Assembly: GCA_963845755.1 (NCBI GenBank)
Contig: CAWJTV010000009.1
Location: 312,409-376,408 of the forward strand
Source of the DNA: an uncultured Planctomycetota bacterium
Lineage (GTDB): Bacteria; Planctomycetota; Planctomycetia; Isosphaerales; Isosphaeraceae
Length of the DNA stretch: 64,000 nt
Reading direction: 5' to 3'
Below the pieces are notes generated by a model. The model made no database searches. It saw only the letters and a list, made by a program, of their open reading frames with translations, and was not told the origin of the DNA. Below, one piece after another: positions 21,330 to 31,088 of this stretch. The position numbers were made by a program, and so were the translations under genes. Every line of letters begins with the position of its first letter. Positions within the stretch are counted from its first letter, which is position 1.

Positions 21330-22388
21330 TCAGTTCCGCGAACTCTGCTCTGCAAGGGGAGCGGCATGCTCCATCAGGATGCGTCTGACCTCTTCAATCA
21401 CGGCGGGATGATTCACACAAATGTGGAGGCCGTGCACGAGCAATTCCGAGGCGACGCCGTCCATATGCGAGCTCGAATAGGGAACGATCCCGTCGGTGCC
21501 CTCAGGCCTGGGTGGGTCACGAAAGTCCGCGATGACCGAATGGGAGCGGACCGAAGTATCAATGCCCAGCTCGCAGAGTCTCAAGAGGAGCGGGTGCCCC
21601 GGGGCAAGCTCGCCGGCGATCGTCGGGAGTTGATCGCGAAATCCGTGAGCGAATATCTCTGGCTCGTTGTTCGACAAGACCACTTCATGGGCTCGGAAGA
21701 AGCGGTTTGGTCGCCAGCAGAGCTGTGTACCAAGCTCCTTAAGACGGCCGCTGGCAAGTGGGCTGCCGCGATGGGGGGTCGCGACGAAGATGACCCGGCG
21801 CACCTCCGGCACAGGCTTGTAGAAGAACGCCTGATGCAGGAGCTGGCATTCCTCGGTCGGTCCGATGACCTGGTCGATTGGACGCTTGCAGACCGTCTGC
21901 CAGAGCCCCGGTCCGCTGGTCTGGACCAGCATCTTCGCCAGGATGCCGCCGAGGCTGTGGCCCACGACGACCATTCGGTCGAAGGCCGCGTCCGTGCCAT
22001 CGGGATCGAAGACTCGACGCACCCGCCGCAGGGACTGCCGCAGCAAGTGGGCCGAGTAGGGGATCGAGTCGCCGCTCGCATAGCGAACGGTCCAGAATTG
22101 AAACCTCGTTCGGAGTGCAGGGTCGGCCTCGAGGTCCTCGATCATCCGGTCCCAATTCCGCGGGCTGCCCCAGAGACCATGGATCAAGACGACCGGGACC
22201 TTGCCCCACTCATAAGGCCGGCGCGTCTCGAGCCGGACTGGGTCCTGCCCCGGCAGCTCGTCGCGCGGCAGCAGGGCAGTGGTCCGATCAGGGTTGATCG
22301 CAACTCCGGGCGACTCACCGGCCGCACTGAGTGAGGTCAGGATCAGCACCGCTAAGGCCGCCCAGGAGCAACGAGTCACGGTGATCAT
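21330..22388 (-). CDS. Secreted alpha/beta hydrolase (lipase/esterase-like)
   Basis: Signal-peptide-like N-terminus; 'VVLIHGLW', GHSLGG nucleophile elbow, 'ATPHRGS', 'DGIVPY', C-terminal His. Confidence 0.85.
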   Translation of the reverse strand: MITVTRCSWAALAVLILTSLSAAGESPGVAINPDRTTALLPRDELPGQDPVRLETRRPYEWGKVPVVLIHGLWGSPRNWDRMIEDLEADPALRTRFQFWTVRYASGDSIPYSAHLLRQSLRRVRRVFDPDGTDAAFDRMVVVGHSLGGILAKMLVQTSGPGLWQTVCKRPIDQVIGPTEECQLLHQAFFYKPVPEVRRVIFVATPHRGSPLASGRLKELGTQLCWRPNRFFRAHEVVLSNNEPEIFAHGFRDQLPTIAGELAPGHPLLLRLCELGIDTSVRSHSVIADFRDPPRPEGTDGIVPYSSSHMDGVASELLVHGLHICVNHPAVIEEVRRILMEHAAPLAEQSSRN

Positions 22389-22545
22389 CAAGAGCTCCTT
22401 CGGGGTGTTATTGTGCCTCTCTTCGAGGCTCTCGTCGCTTTCACTCTTCCTAAGCGTGACAACCAGTCATCGGGCATGGTCCGGTCGGCCGCTCCGCCGC
22501 ACTCTCCCGGTTGTCCTAACGCGGCCTTCGGCTGCAACCCAATCG

Positions 22546-22627
22546 GGATTCCCGATTCGCGATTCCGGATTCCCGAAGGGGAATGATCCGGGAATCCGGA
22601 ATCGCGAATCCGGAATTCGGAATCCCC
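22546..22627. repeat. Hairpin built from 7-mer GATTCCC/GATTCGC/GATTCCG units
   Basis: 22546-22575 pairs with 22589-22618 (28 of 30 positions by eye), 13-nt loop. Confidence 0.8.
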
Positions 22628-22667
22628 AGATGCGCGCACGGCGCAGCGAGCCTACGGAGGAAGACTC

Positions 22668-22705
22668 TACTGAGCGTAGCGGGCGGACATCGGGCGCGGT
22701 AGGAT
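22668..22705 (+). promoter_or_regulatory. Conserved motif upstream of ECF sigma genes
   Basis: TACTGAGCGTAGCGGGCGGACA...TAGGAT; related sequence lies upstream of the sigma genes at 42367 and 53675. Confidence 0.5.
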
Positions 22706-22745
22706 TGTCAACGATGTAACCGCCTCTCGGTCGTAAGGTTGCGCC

Positions 22746-23365
22746 ATGAACGACGAACGAACAACCGCCGTGGTCCAGCGCTACCTTGACGAGCTGGCGG
22801 GGGATTCACCCGCCGAGCCGATCGTCCGGGCAATGATGGACCGGGCCGTCCGCCGGCTGCACCTGCTCTGCGCCAGGCTGCTGTTCCGAAGTTATCCGCG
22901 CCTGACGGCCCCCCCCTTGAACTTGCAGGTCGAACGAATTGCTCGGCGCCGTCGCGGAGCGGTTGCTCAAGGCGCGTGCGCGAAGTCCGCCCTGGGACCG
23001 TGCGACAATTGTTCGCCCTGGCCGACCAGCACATGCGCTGGGAGCTCAATGACCTGGCCCGCCGCTTAGATGATCAGCCGGCCGCCGTGGAGCTGTATGA
23101 GGCGCTCGTGCCGTCACCGGCCAGTAGCGGTTCCGGGCTCACCCCGGAAGGCCGCCGCATGCTCGAGGCGATCGGCGACCTGCCGGAGGACGAGCGCGAG
23201 GCGTTCAGCCTGGTACGGATCCAGGGGCTGACGCAGGTCGAGGCCGCGGAGGTGCTGGGCGTATCGATCAAGACGGTGCAGCGGCGCGTCAATCGTGCCT
23301 TGCTGACTCTGGAGGAGGAGTTGGACGACCTCCGGCCGGCCGGTGAGCCACCGCGTCCACGGTAG
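22746..23365 (+). CDS. ECF sigma-70 factor (frameshifts near 22935-22975)
   Basis: 'TTAVVQRYLDEL.GDSPAEPIVR', 'FALADQHMRWELNDLARR', region-4 HTH 'GLTQVEAAEVLGVSIKTVQRR'. Confidence 0.85.
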
Positions 23366-23436
23366 CGATCGGTGCGGGCTCCTGCCGACACGTCGTCTCA
23401 GGGGGAAAGACGGAAGGGTCCTTGGAGACTTCCGCG

Positions 23437-26400
23437 ATGCCGGGCGACCCACGAGTGAAACGCCTGCTTGAGGAGATCCTCGAATCGGATCGCACACCGG
23501 AGGAGGTGTGTCGGGCCTGCCCGGAGTTGTTGCCCCAGGTCCGCCATCGCTTGGGGCGTGTCCGAGCGCTGGAGGCCGAGGTCGAGGCGTGGTTCCCGAC
23601 GCCGGGACGCGCCTCGACGCCCGGTTACCCGCCGGACGGAAGGCCCCCTCAGCTCCCCGGTTACGACGTGCAGTCAATCCTGGGGCGCGGCGGCATGGGC
23701 GTCGTCTACAAGGCCCGACACATGCGCCTCAACCGCCTCGTCGCCCTCAAGATGCTCCTCGCCGGAGCCTACGCCGGCCCGCCCGAGCGGGCGCGGTTCC
23801 AGCGCGAAGCGGAGGCGGTGGCGAGCCTGCACCACGCGAACATCGTCGCGGTCTATGATGTGGGCGAGCACGAGGGGTGCCCGTATTTCACGATGGAGCT
23901 CCTCGAAGGGGGCAGCCTGGCGCAGTCCCTGACGGGCATCCCGCAGCCGGCCCGGCAGGCGGCGGCGCTCCTGGTCACGCTGGCCGAGGCCGTGCAGGCG
24001 GCGCACCGGGCGGGGATCGTGCACCGGGACCTGAAGCCGGCCAACATCCTGCTCACGGCCGAGGGCACGCCCAAGGTCGCCGATTTCGGGCTGGCGCGGC
24101 CCTTCGAGGGAGGTCCGGCGCTGACTTTGAGCGGAGCTCGGATGGGGACTCCCAGCTACATGGCCCCCGAGCAGGTGATCGGGAAGGCGGGAACGATCGG
24201 GCCGGCCGCGGACATCTACGCCCTCGGTGCCCTGCTCTATGAAATGCTCACCGGCCGGCCGCCGTTTCGGGGAGAGACGGCAGCCGAGACGGAGCGGCAG
24301 GTGGTCCATGACGAGCCGGTCTCCGCCTCGCGATTGAACACGAAAGTGCCGCGCGACCTGGAGACGATCTGCCTGAAGTGCCTGTCCAAGGAGCCGCGAC
24401 GTCGTTACGCCAGCGCCGCGGCACTCGCCGATGATCTGAGGCGGTTCGGGGAGGGCCGGCCGATCCACGCCCGCCCCGTGGGCTGGGCAGAGCGTTCCTG
24501 GCGTTGGTGCCGACGCAACCCGACGGTGGCGGCGCTGTTGGTCACGGCGCTGGCCCTGGTCGGGCTGGTCGTGGGCGGCGGGTTCTGGCTGGAACGACAG
24601 CAGGCCGAGCGGCGCGAGGAGACGGCACGACGGGAGGGGCGGCAGTCGAAGGCCGCGGAGGCCGTGCTGGAGCAGGCCGCGGCCCTGCAGGAGCGGGGCC
24701 GGTGGCCGGAGGCGCAGGCGGTGCTGGAGGGGGCACCGAGCCTGGTGGACACCCCGGCACTGGCGGATCTCCGCGAACGCGTGGACCAGGCACTCGCCGA
24801 CGCGCGCATGGTGACCAAGTTGGAGGAGATCCGGCTCAGCCTGCTGGAACGCAGAGCGCTCTCGGGGAATCTCCTTTATGCCGCGGCCTTCCGGGAGTAC
24901 GGGATTGCCCTGCCGGCACCGAATCCGGAGGTGGCGGTGGTGCAAATCCGCAACTCGGCCATTCGCGAAACGCTGCTGGCCTTCCTCCACGACTGGATGT
25001 TCTTCTGGGTACCGCGTGCGGAGCAAGACCCGTTTTGGGCCGTGCTGGACCGGGCGGACGACGATGACTGGCGGCGACGCCTGCGGGCGACGCTGCTGGG
25101 GACTTACGATCCCGGCGAGCGCCATGATCTATTACGGGCCCGGGAAGCTCCCGACCAGCCGCCGCTGATCCTCGGCGGGCTGGCCTACCAGATCCTGAAT
25201 CACGGCACCGAGGGGGAGGAAGCGCGGGCCCTCGTGCGCGAGGCCCAGCAACGCCACCCCGAGGATTTCTGGATCAATCTCCACCTGGGTTATATCCTGC
25301 TGGCGGAACGCCCCGAGGAAGCCGTCGGCTACTTTCGGGCGGCAGTGGCCAGCCGTCCCGAGAGCAGTCAGGCCCACATCATGGCGGGCCGAGCACTGCA
25401 CGACGCCGGCGACACGGACGGGGCCATCGCGGCCTTCCGGAAGGCCATCCCACTCACTTCTGATCTCGCCGGCGCCAGGGACCTGGCCAGGGCCCTGGCC
25501 CGAAAAGGCGGGCTGGAAGAGGCCCGTGCCCTCTGGGCAAGACAGTTGGAAGCGTCTCCTCCGGCCTATGACCCCTGGGACGGCTACGCCCCGCTTTGCG
25601 CATTCCTCGGTAACGAGGAAGCGTACCGCTCGGCCCGCAAGGCCCTCCTCGAACGCCCCAGAGACAGCACCGACCACTGGGTCATGGCCGAGCGCGACAG
25701 CCTGGCCTGTCTGCTCCTGCCGGCTTCCGGGGAGGATCTCCGACGCACGGTCGCGCTCGTGGACCGGGCCGTGACCACCTCACCGAAGGTCCTTCCTTAC
25801 AAACTTTACACCCTGCTCATCAGCGGACTGGCGAAGTATCGTCAGGGCCGACCTAAGCAAGCCGTGCCTTTGCTAGAAGAGTCGGCGGCACTCCTCCCCA
25901 ACCGCGCCGGTCCGCGGTTGGCGCTGGCCATGGCCCAGTTCCAGTCCGGCGGCCCGGCTGAAGCACGCAAGACGCTGGCTGCCGCTATCCGGGCCTACAA
26001 CTGGATGGAGTCCCAGGCGGACCACCCCACGGCGTGGGTCAGCCACGTGCTACGCCGCGAGGCCGAGGACCTGATCCTGCCGGACCTGCCGGCGTTCCTT
26101 CGGGGAGAGTATGAGCCGCGGGACAACGACGAGCGCCTCGCGCTGGTCGGGATCTGTCAGTCCCAGGGCCGCTACCACGCCGCGGCGCGGCTATATGCCG
26201 AAGCCTTCGCGGCCGATCCGGACCTGGCCGACAGCTTGACCACGGAGTGCCGTTACCGGTCAACGGAAGAGGAACCCTTCTACGAGCGAGTCGAGTCCGT
26301 GAACACGGAACCGCGTTACCTCGCGGCCCGCTGCGCCACCCTGGCCGGCAGTGGGCAGGGGAGGGATGGTGCCGGGCTCGGCCGGGCCGAGCGGGCGCGC

Positions 26401-27801
26401 TGGCGCAAGCAGGCGCGCGCGTGGCTGCGTGCCGACCTGACCCTGTGGGCGAAGACGTTGGACAGCGGTTCCGAGCAGGACCTCGGTCTGGCCAGGAGGA
26501 TGTTGACGCACTGGCAGGTCGAACCCGACCTGGCCGGGATACGTGACCTGAAGGCGCTGGACGAGGTGTCCGCGGAGGAGCGCACCGAATGCTTCGCGCT
26601 GTGGGATGAAGTCGGTGCCGTGCTCCGACGAATCGCGGTGCAGGAACGGGCCAGCGTGCTTGACCCGAATCGCGCGGACCCCCGACGGGTATTGCCAACC
26701 GAGCTGCTGCGGCAGGGACGGCTCGAAGAGGCGCGGGTCGCCTGGCGGACCGCTCTTGAGGGCAATCCGCTGGATCACGACGCCTGGTTCGGGTATGCCG
26801 AGCTCTGCCTGTTCCTCGGCCGGGAGGACGAGTACCGCCGCGCCCGGCGGGACTTGCTCGCGAGGTTTTTCATCACCAAGAATCCGTACTTCGCGGAACG
26901 CACCGGCCGGGCTTGTCTGCTTCTGCCCGCCACGGGGGAGGAGCTGCGTCTGGCCGTCGCTCTTACCCGGCGCGCCGCGGCGTCCGACCCATCGAAGGAC
27001 CCACCGGCCTTCCCCTGGTTCCTGTTCGCCCGGGGCCTGGCGGAATACCGTCAGGGGAAGTTGGACCAGGCCATCTCCACGCTGCGTGGCGACGCGTCGC
27101 GCCTGGACCGACCCATCACCCGCCTCGTCCTCGCCATGGCGTTGCACCGGGATGGACGGTCGGCGGAAGCCCGGAAGACGCTCGCGGCGGCGATCCTGTC
27201 CTACGACTGGAGGGCGACTCAGGCGCGCGACCACGATGCCTGGATCTGCCATTTGCTCCGTCGCGAGGCCGAGGGCCTGGTCTTGCCGAACCTGCCGGCC
27301 TTCCTGGATGGAAAGTACCGACCCCAGGACAATGACGAGCAGCTCGCCTTCCTCGGAGTCTGCCAGTTCACAAATCGCACCTGCGCGGCAGCCCGCCTGT
27401 ATTCCGAGGCCTTTGCCAGCGACGCACATCTGGCGGAAGACCTCCGCGCCGGTCATCGCTGCAACGCCGCTCGTGCGGCCGCCCTGGCCGGCTGCGGCCA
27501 AGGAGAGGATGCGGCCCGGCTCACCGAGCCGGAGCGGAAGCGATGGCGGGACCAGGCGCGGCGATGGCTGCGGGCGGACCTGGCCGCCTGGAGCAAGGCG
27601 CTGGACGACGGCACCGCAGCGGACCGGGACCTGGTGAGGCGGACACTGACGCACTGGCAGGGCGATCCCGACCTGAAAGGCCTGCGCGAGCCCGCCGAGC
27701 TGGACAAATTGCCTGCCGACGAGCGGAAGGACTGCCTCCAGCTATGGGATGAGTCCGGCGTTGTCCTCAGACGCACCCGGCGAGCCGGTGACAGCGGCTA
27801 A
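23437..27801 (+). CDS. Ser/Thr protein kinase with a transmembrane helix, TPRs and duplicated C-terminal modules
   Basis: Intact ORF with all Hanks kinase motifs, a hydrophobic segment 'VAALLVTALALVGLVVGGGFWL', and two copies of each C-terminal module. Confidence 0.92.
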   Translation: MPGDPRVKRLLEEILESDRTPEEVCRACPELLPQVRHRLGRVRALEAEVEAWFPTPGRASTPGYPPDGRPPQLPGYDVQSILGRGGMGVVYKARHMRLNRLVALKMLLAGAYAGPPERARFQREAEAVASLHHANIVAVYDVGEHEGCPYFTMELLEGGSLAQSLTGIPQPARQAAALLVTLAEAVQAAHRAGIVHRDLKPANILLTAEGTPKVADFGLARPFEGGPALTLSGARMGTPSYMAPEQVIGKAGTIGPAADIYALGALLYEMLTGRPPFRGETAAETERQVVHDEPVSASRLNTKVPRDLETICLKCLSKEPRRRYASAAALADDLRRFGEGRPIHARPVGWAERSWRWCRRNPTVAALLVTALALVGLVVGGGFWLERQQAERREETARREGRQSKAAEAVLEQAAALQERGRWPEAQAVLEGAPSLVDTPALADLRERVDQALADARMVTKLEEIRLSLLERRALSGNLLYAAAFREYGIALPAPNPEVAVVQIRNSAIRETLLAFLHDWMFFWVPRAEQDPFWAVLDRADDDDWRRRLRATLLGTYDPGERHDLLRAREAPDQPPLILGGLAYQILNHGTEGEEARALVREAQQRHPEDFWINLHLGYILLAERPEEAVGYFRAAVASRPESSQAHIMAGRALHDAGDTDGAIAAFRKAIPLTSDLAGARDLARALARKGGLEEARALWARQLEASPPAYDPWDGYAPLCAFLGNEEAYRSARKALLERPRDSTDHWVMAERDSLACLLLPASGEDLRRTVALVDRAVTTSPKVLPYKLYTLLISGLAKYRQGRPKQAVPLLEESAALLPNRAGPRLALAMAQFQSGGPAEARKTLAAAIRAYNWMESQADHPTAWVSHVLRREAEDLILPDLPAFLRGEYEPRDNDERLALVGICQSQGRYHAAARLYAEAFAADPDLADSLTTECRYRSTEEEPFYERVESVNTEPRYLAARCATLAGSGQGRDGAGLGRAERARWRKQARAWLRADLTLWAKTLDSGSEQDLGLARRMLTHWQVEPDLAGIRDLKALDEVSAEERTECFALWDEVGAVLRRIAVQERASVLDPNRADPRRVLPTELLRQGRLEEARVAWRTALEGNPLDHDAWFGYAELCLFLGREDEYRRARRDLLARFFITKNPYFAERTGRACLLLPATGEELRLAVALTRRAAASDPSKDPPAFPWFLFARGLAEYRQGKLDQAISTLRGDASRLDRPITRLVLAMALHRDGRSAEARKTLAAAILSYDWRATQARDHDAWICHLLRREAEGLVLPNLPAFLDGKYRPQDNDEQLAFLGVCQFTNRTCAAARLYSEAFASDAHLAEDLRAGHRCNAARAAALAGCGQGEDAARLTEPERKRWRDQARRWLRADLAAWSKALDDGTAADRDLVRRTLTHWQGDPDLKGLREPAELDKLPADERKDCLQLWDESGVVLRRTRRAGDSG

Positions 27802-28408
27802 CGGTTGGCTCGCCGCGGTGTTCGTCATCGGTGGGTCAACTCCCCAGACATCCATCAGTAAATGCCGGCAAAAATGGATTGGTAGTGCAGATTACCCTCC
27901 GGGTTTCATTGCCGGCGACGATCTCAGACCGGTCCTCGGCACTCTCGATATGCGAGACCTGCAAAGCGTGCACGATGCATATGTGTGGCCTCTCTTGGTC
28001 AATGCGTGCTGCTATAGATGCTTGCCTGATGCCCGCGAGGAGGCACTCGAACCGGTCCTCGGCGCTCATGCTCTACAGTTTTCGGCCTCGAATTCTCGTG
28101 TGGAATATATGGAACACGTGGAGCATGGAGACCCATCAGGCGGTGTCGGTCGCCGGTCGGGTCCCTCATACTTTGCACATGCGCGTCTATACTTCGCACA
28201 CTCGAAAGCGTGCAAAGTATGCAAAGTATGTGAGGTCCGTACGGGGACCGTCCGTCGATGGAACCGTGCTAGCATCTCTGCTGGTCGCAGGCCATTGACG
28301 AGTGGCCCGAATCGGTCGTTGGCGCGCATGTGCCGCATTCTTGCCCTCCATGGAACTCGATTGTTGTGACAATCTTGCGGGCGGGATATGTCGCGGAGGC
28401 GCACCCCC

Positions 28409-29474
28409 TCAGGGAGCCCCGTGCTCCGCGAGGATCCGCCGGACCTCGCCGATGACGGCGTGATGGTCCTGGCAGAGGTGGCCGGACGAGACGAGCGACT
28501 CGGACTCCACCCCATCGAGATGGGCACTCTCGTACGGGACCAGGCCGTCGCTCCCGCCGACTGCGGGCGGGTCGCGCCGGTCGGCGATGATGGAATGGGC
28601 CTTGATCGTCGGCGCGAGTCCGAGCTCATCCAGGCCCATGAGGAACGGCGATCTCCACTCCAGCTCGTCGATGCTGGTGGGCAGCCCCTTGCGGAAGCGC
28701 TCGGTGAAGAAGTCCGCGCCGTTGCGGGCCAGGAGCCGGCCGTGCGACGCCCGGAGGGGATCGGGCAGGCGGACGAGCCGCGAGCCCAGGTGCCCCAGCC
28801 CGCCCCGATCCACGCGGCTGCCCCGGTGCGGCGTGGCGATGAACACGACGCGGCGGATCTCCTGCCGGGGCTTGTAGATCAGCGCGGAGCGGAACAGGTC
28901 GCAATCGGCCGGGTCGCCCGCGAGGTCTGCGGCGGGACGATCGCTCATGAGCCGCCACAGCCGTGGCCCGCTATCCTGGACCATCATCTTGCTCAACAGG
29001 CCGCCCATGCTGTGGCCGACGAGGACCATCCGGTCGAAGGCCGCATCCGAGCGATCCGGGTCGAACTTCCGCCGCACTTCATCGAGGTAGTGACGAAGCA
29101 GCGCGGCCGAATAGGGGAGCGGATCGCCCGTCGAATAGCCGAAGGTCCAGAACTGATACCGGGCGCGGAGGGTCGCATCGTCCTCCAGGTCCTGGATCAT
29201 CCGGGCCCAAGACCACGGGCTCGACCACAGGCCGTGGATCAGGACCACGGGGATCCGGCCGCCGCCGGTAGGGCCGGAGGAGCGAGAGCCCCGTCGGCTC
29301 GAACCGAAAGAGACCCGCAACGTCGGTATCCGCCTTCGTCGGTGCGGAGCCCGGCGCCTCGCGCGAGGACTCGACCTTCGACGGCGCCTGGGCCCGGACC
29401 GACGTCGCCGCGATGAACAAGGCCGCGACCGCGGCCGTTGATGCCCGTACCATGATGATCTCCTCTCGTGTCAT
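28409..29474 (-). CDS. Secreted alpha/beta hydrolase (lipase/esterase-like), frameshift near 29300
   Basis: Signal peptide 'MVRASTAAVAALFIAATSVRA', 'VVLIHGLW', GHSMGG, 'ATPHRGS', 'DGLVPY', 'GHLCQ'. Confidence 0.83.
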
Positions 29475-29477
29475 TCA

Positions 29478-31088
29478 TCAGGTGTAGCCCGACCCGGGCG
29501 GCGCCCGCAATCCCCGCGCGGCCTGAGCGAGCAGGATGGCGACCACCAGGCCGATGCCGAGCATCATCAGGCTGAGGAACCGTAGGCCGCTGCGGAAACC
29601 GTGGGCGACGCTCTCGAGCGTTACGAAGCCGCCGAGGACACGGCTCGTCTCCTGCTGGAGCGCGGCCCCGCTCAGTCCCCGCTGCTGGAAGTAGTCGGCG
29701 ACCCGAGCCGTGGCGTGTTCGACCGCCGGTCGGTTCTCGCGGAGGTTGTGGCGATAGACGTCGAGCGCCCGGTCGGACCAGGCTTTCACCATCGTCGCCG
29801 TCGCGTTTGGGATCGTGTAGATCGGAATCAGCAATCCGACCAGGCCCAGCGCGACCCCGTAAAGCATGTCCCTCGGATCCAGCCCCTCGACCTCGTCGGT
29901 GAGGAAGACCGGGGGGATCAGGCCCAGGAATGCTCCCCAGCAGGCCAGCATGACCGCCACGTTCTCCTTGGCGGTGAAGTTATCGATCGACGACAGCCAC
30001 CACACACAGGCCGCCGTCCCCACGAACCCCACGACCAGCCAGGCGTGCCGTAACGATCGTCGATGAAACCAGGTCGTGAGGAACGTGGTCACCGCCATCG
30101 CCGCCGAGGTCGGCACCATCAGCCAACCCGAGGTGATCCTCGGGTAGGCGCGCAGCTCGGTGCAATAGAGGCCGACGATCGAGAGGACAGCAACCATGTG
30201 CAGGAGCAGCAACCCGCGGGTTATCAGGCAGAGGACGTAGACGCGCGATCGTATGAGACGGTTCAGGTGCTCGTCCCGACTCAGACCCGACCCCAGCCAG
30301 ACGGCCAGGGCAACCGGCAAGACCAGACAGAGTGCAACCGTAGTGACGAATGCGTTCGACGACCAACCGCCCCACTTGCGGTACCAGGAGAACGTGAACT
30401 CGATGGCCACGATCCAGCCCACGAAGACGGTGACGGCCAGCCAGTCGATTGGCACGCGAATCGGCTTCGCCGGACGGTCGGGACGGAAGAAGCACCAGAC
30501 CAGGACCGCTGCGATCAACCCGATCGGCACATAGGCCCAGTACATCCACCGCCAGGACAAATACACGTCCAGATAAGCGTTGATCAGCGGTGTACAATAC
30601 CTCGTCGAGTAGGCGAACACACCATAGAAGCCGATGGCCACCAGGAGTGCGCGGTCGAATTGCTGATAGAGCGTGGCTCGACCGACTGCCATCGCCATCA
30701 ACTTGCCAAAGCCCTCGACGAGCCGCCCGAAGGCCAGGCTGTATAGCCCGGTCGCCGCGCCACAGAGCACGTTGCCTACACAGAACACCAACAGACCCGC
30801 GACGAGCGTGTAGCGCTTCCCAAACCGAACCGAGAACAACACCCCCGAGAACAGGCCATAGATGAATCCGAAGATGTAGGCGACGTTGACCCAGATCATG
30901 TCGTAGCTGTCCACCTCGACGCCGAGGCGGACAGCATCGTCGGTGATGGCAGTCTGGACGAGGGTCTGGTAGGGCGTGAAGAGGACGAAGAGCATCGCAA
31001 GGGCAGCCAGCCAGTGCCTGCGTTCAAGCAGGAGCGGCGTCGGCGCTGTGGCGGTGTGTCTTGGGATCGATGCTGCAAGCGTCGTCAT
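29478..31088 (-). CDS. MFS transporter, EmrB/DHA2-like
   Basis: Many hydrophobic helices; 'RFGKRY', 'GRLVEGFG', 'WRWMYW..VPIG', and a long loop before the last helix. Confidence 0.85.
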   Translation of the reverse strand: MTTLAASIPRHTATAPTPLLLERRHWLAALAMLFVLFTPYQTLVQTAITDDAVRLGVEVDSYDMIWVNVAYIFGFIYGLFSGVLFSVRFGKRYTLVAGLLVFCVGNVLCGAATGLYSLAFGRLVEGFGKLMAMAVGRATLYQQFDRALLVAIGFYGVFAYSTRYCTPLINAYLDVYLSWRWMYWAYVPIGLIAAVLVWCFFRPDRPAKPIRVPIDWLAVTVFVGWIVAIEFTFSWYRKWGGWSSNAFVTTVALCLVLPVALAVWLGSGLSRDEHLNRLIRSRVYVLCLITRGLLLLHMVAVLSIVGLYCTELRAYPRITSGWLMVPTSAAMAVTTFLTTWFHRRSLRHAWLVVGFVGTAACVWWLSSIDNFTAKENVAVMLACWGAFLGLIPPVFLTDEVEGLDPRDMLYGVALGLVGLLIPIYTIPNATATMVKAWSDRALDVYRHNLRENRPAVEHATARVADYFQQRGLSGAALQQETSRVLGGFVTLESVAHGFRSGLRFLSLMMLGIGLVVAILLAQAARGLRAPPGSGYT

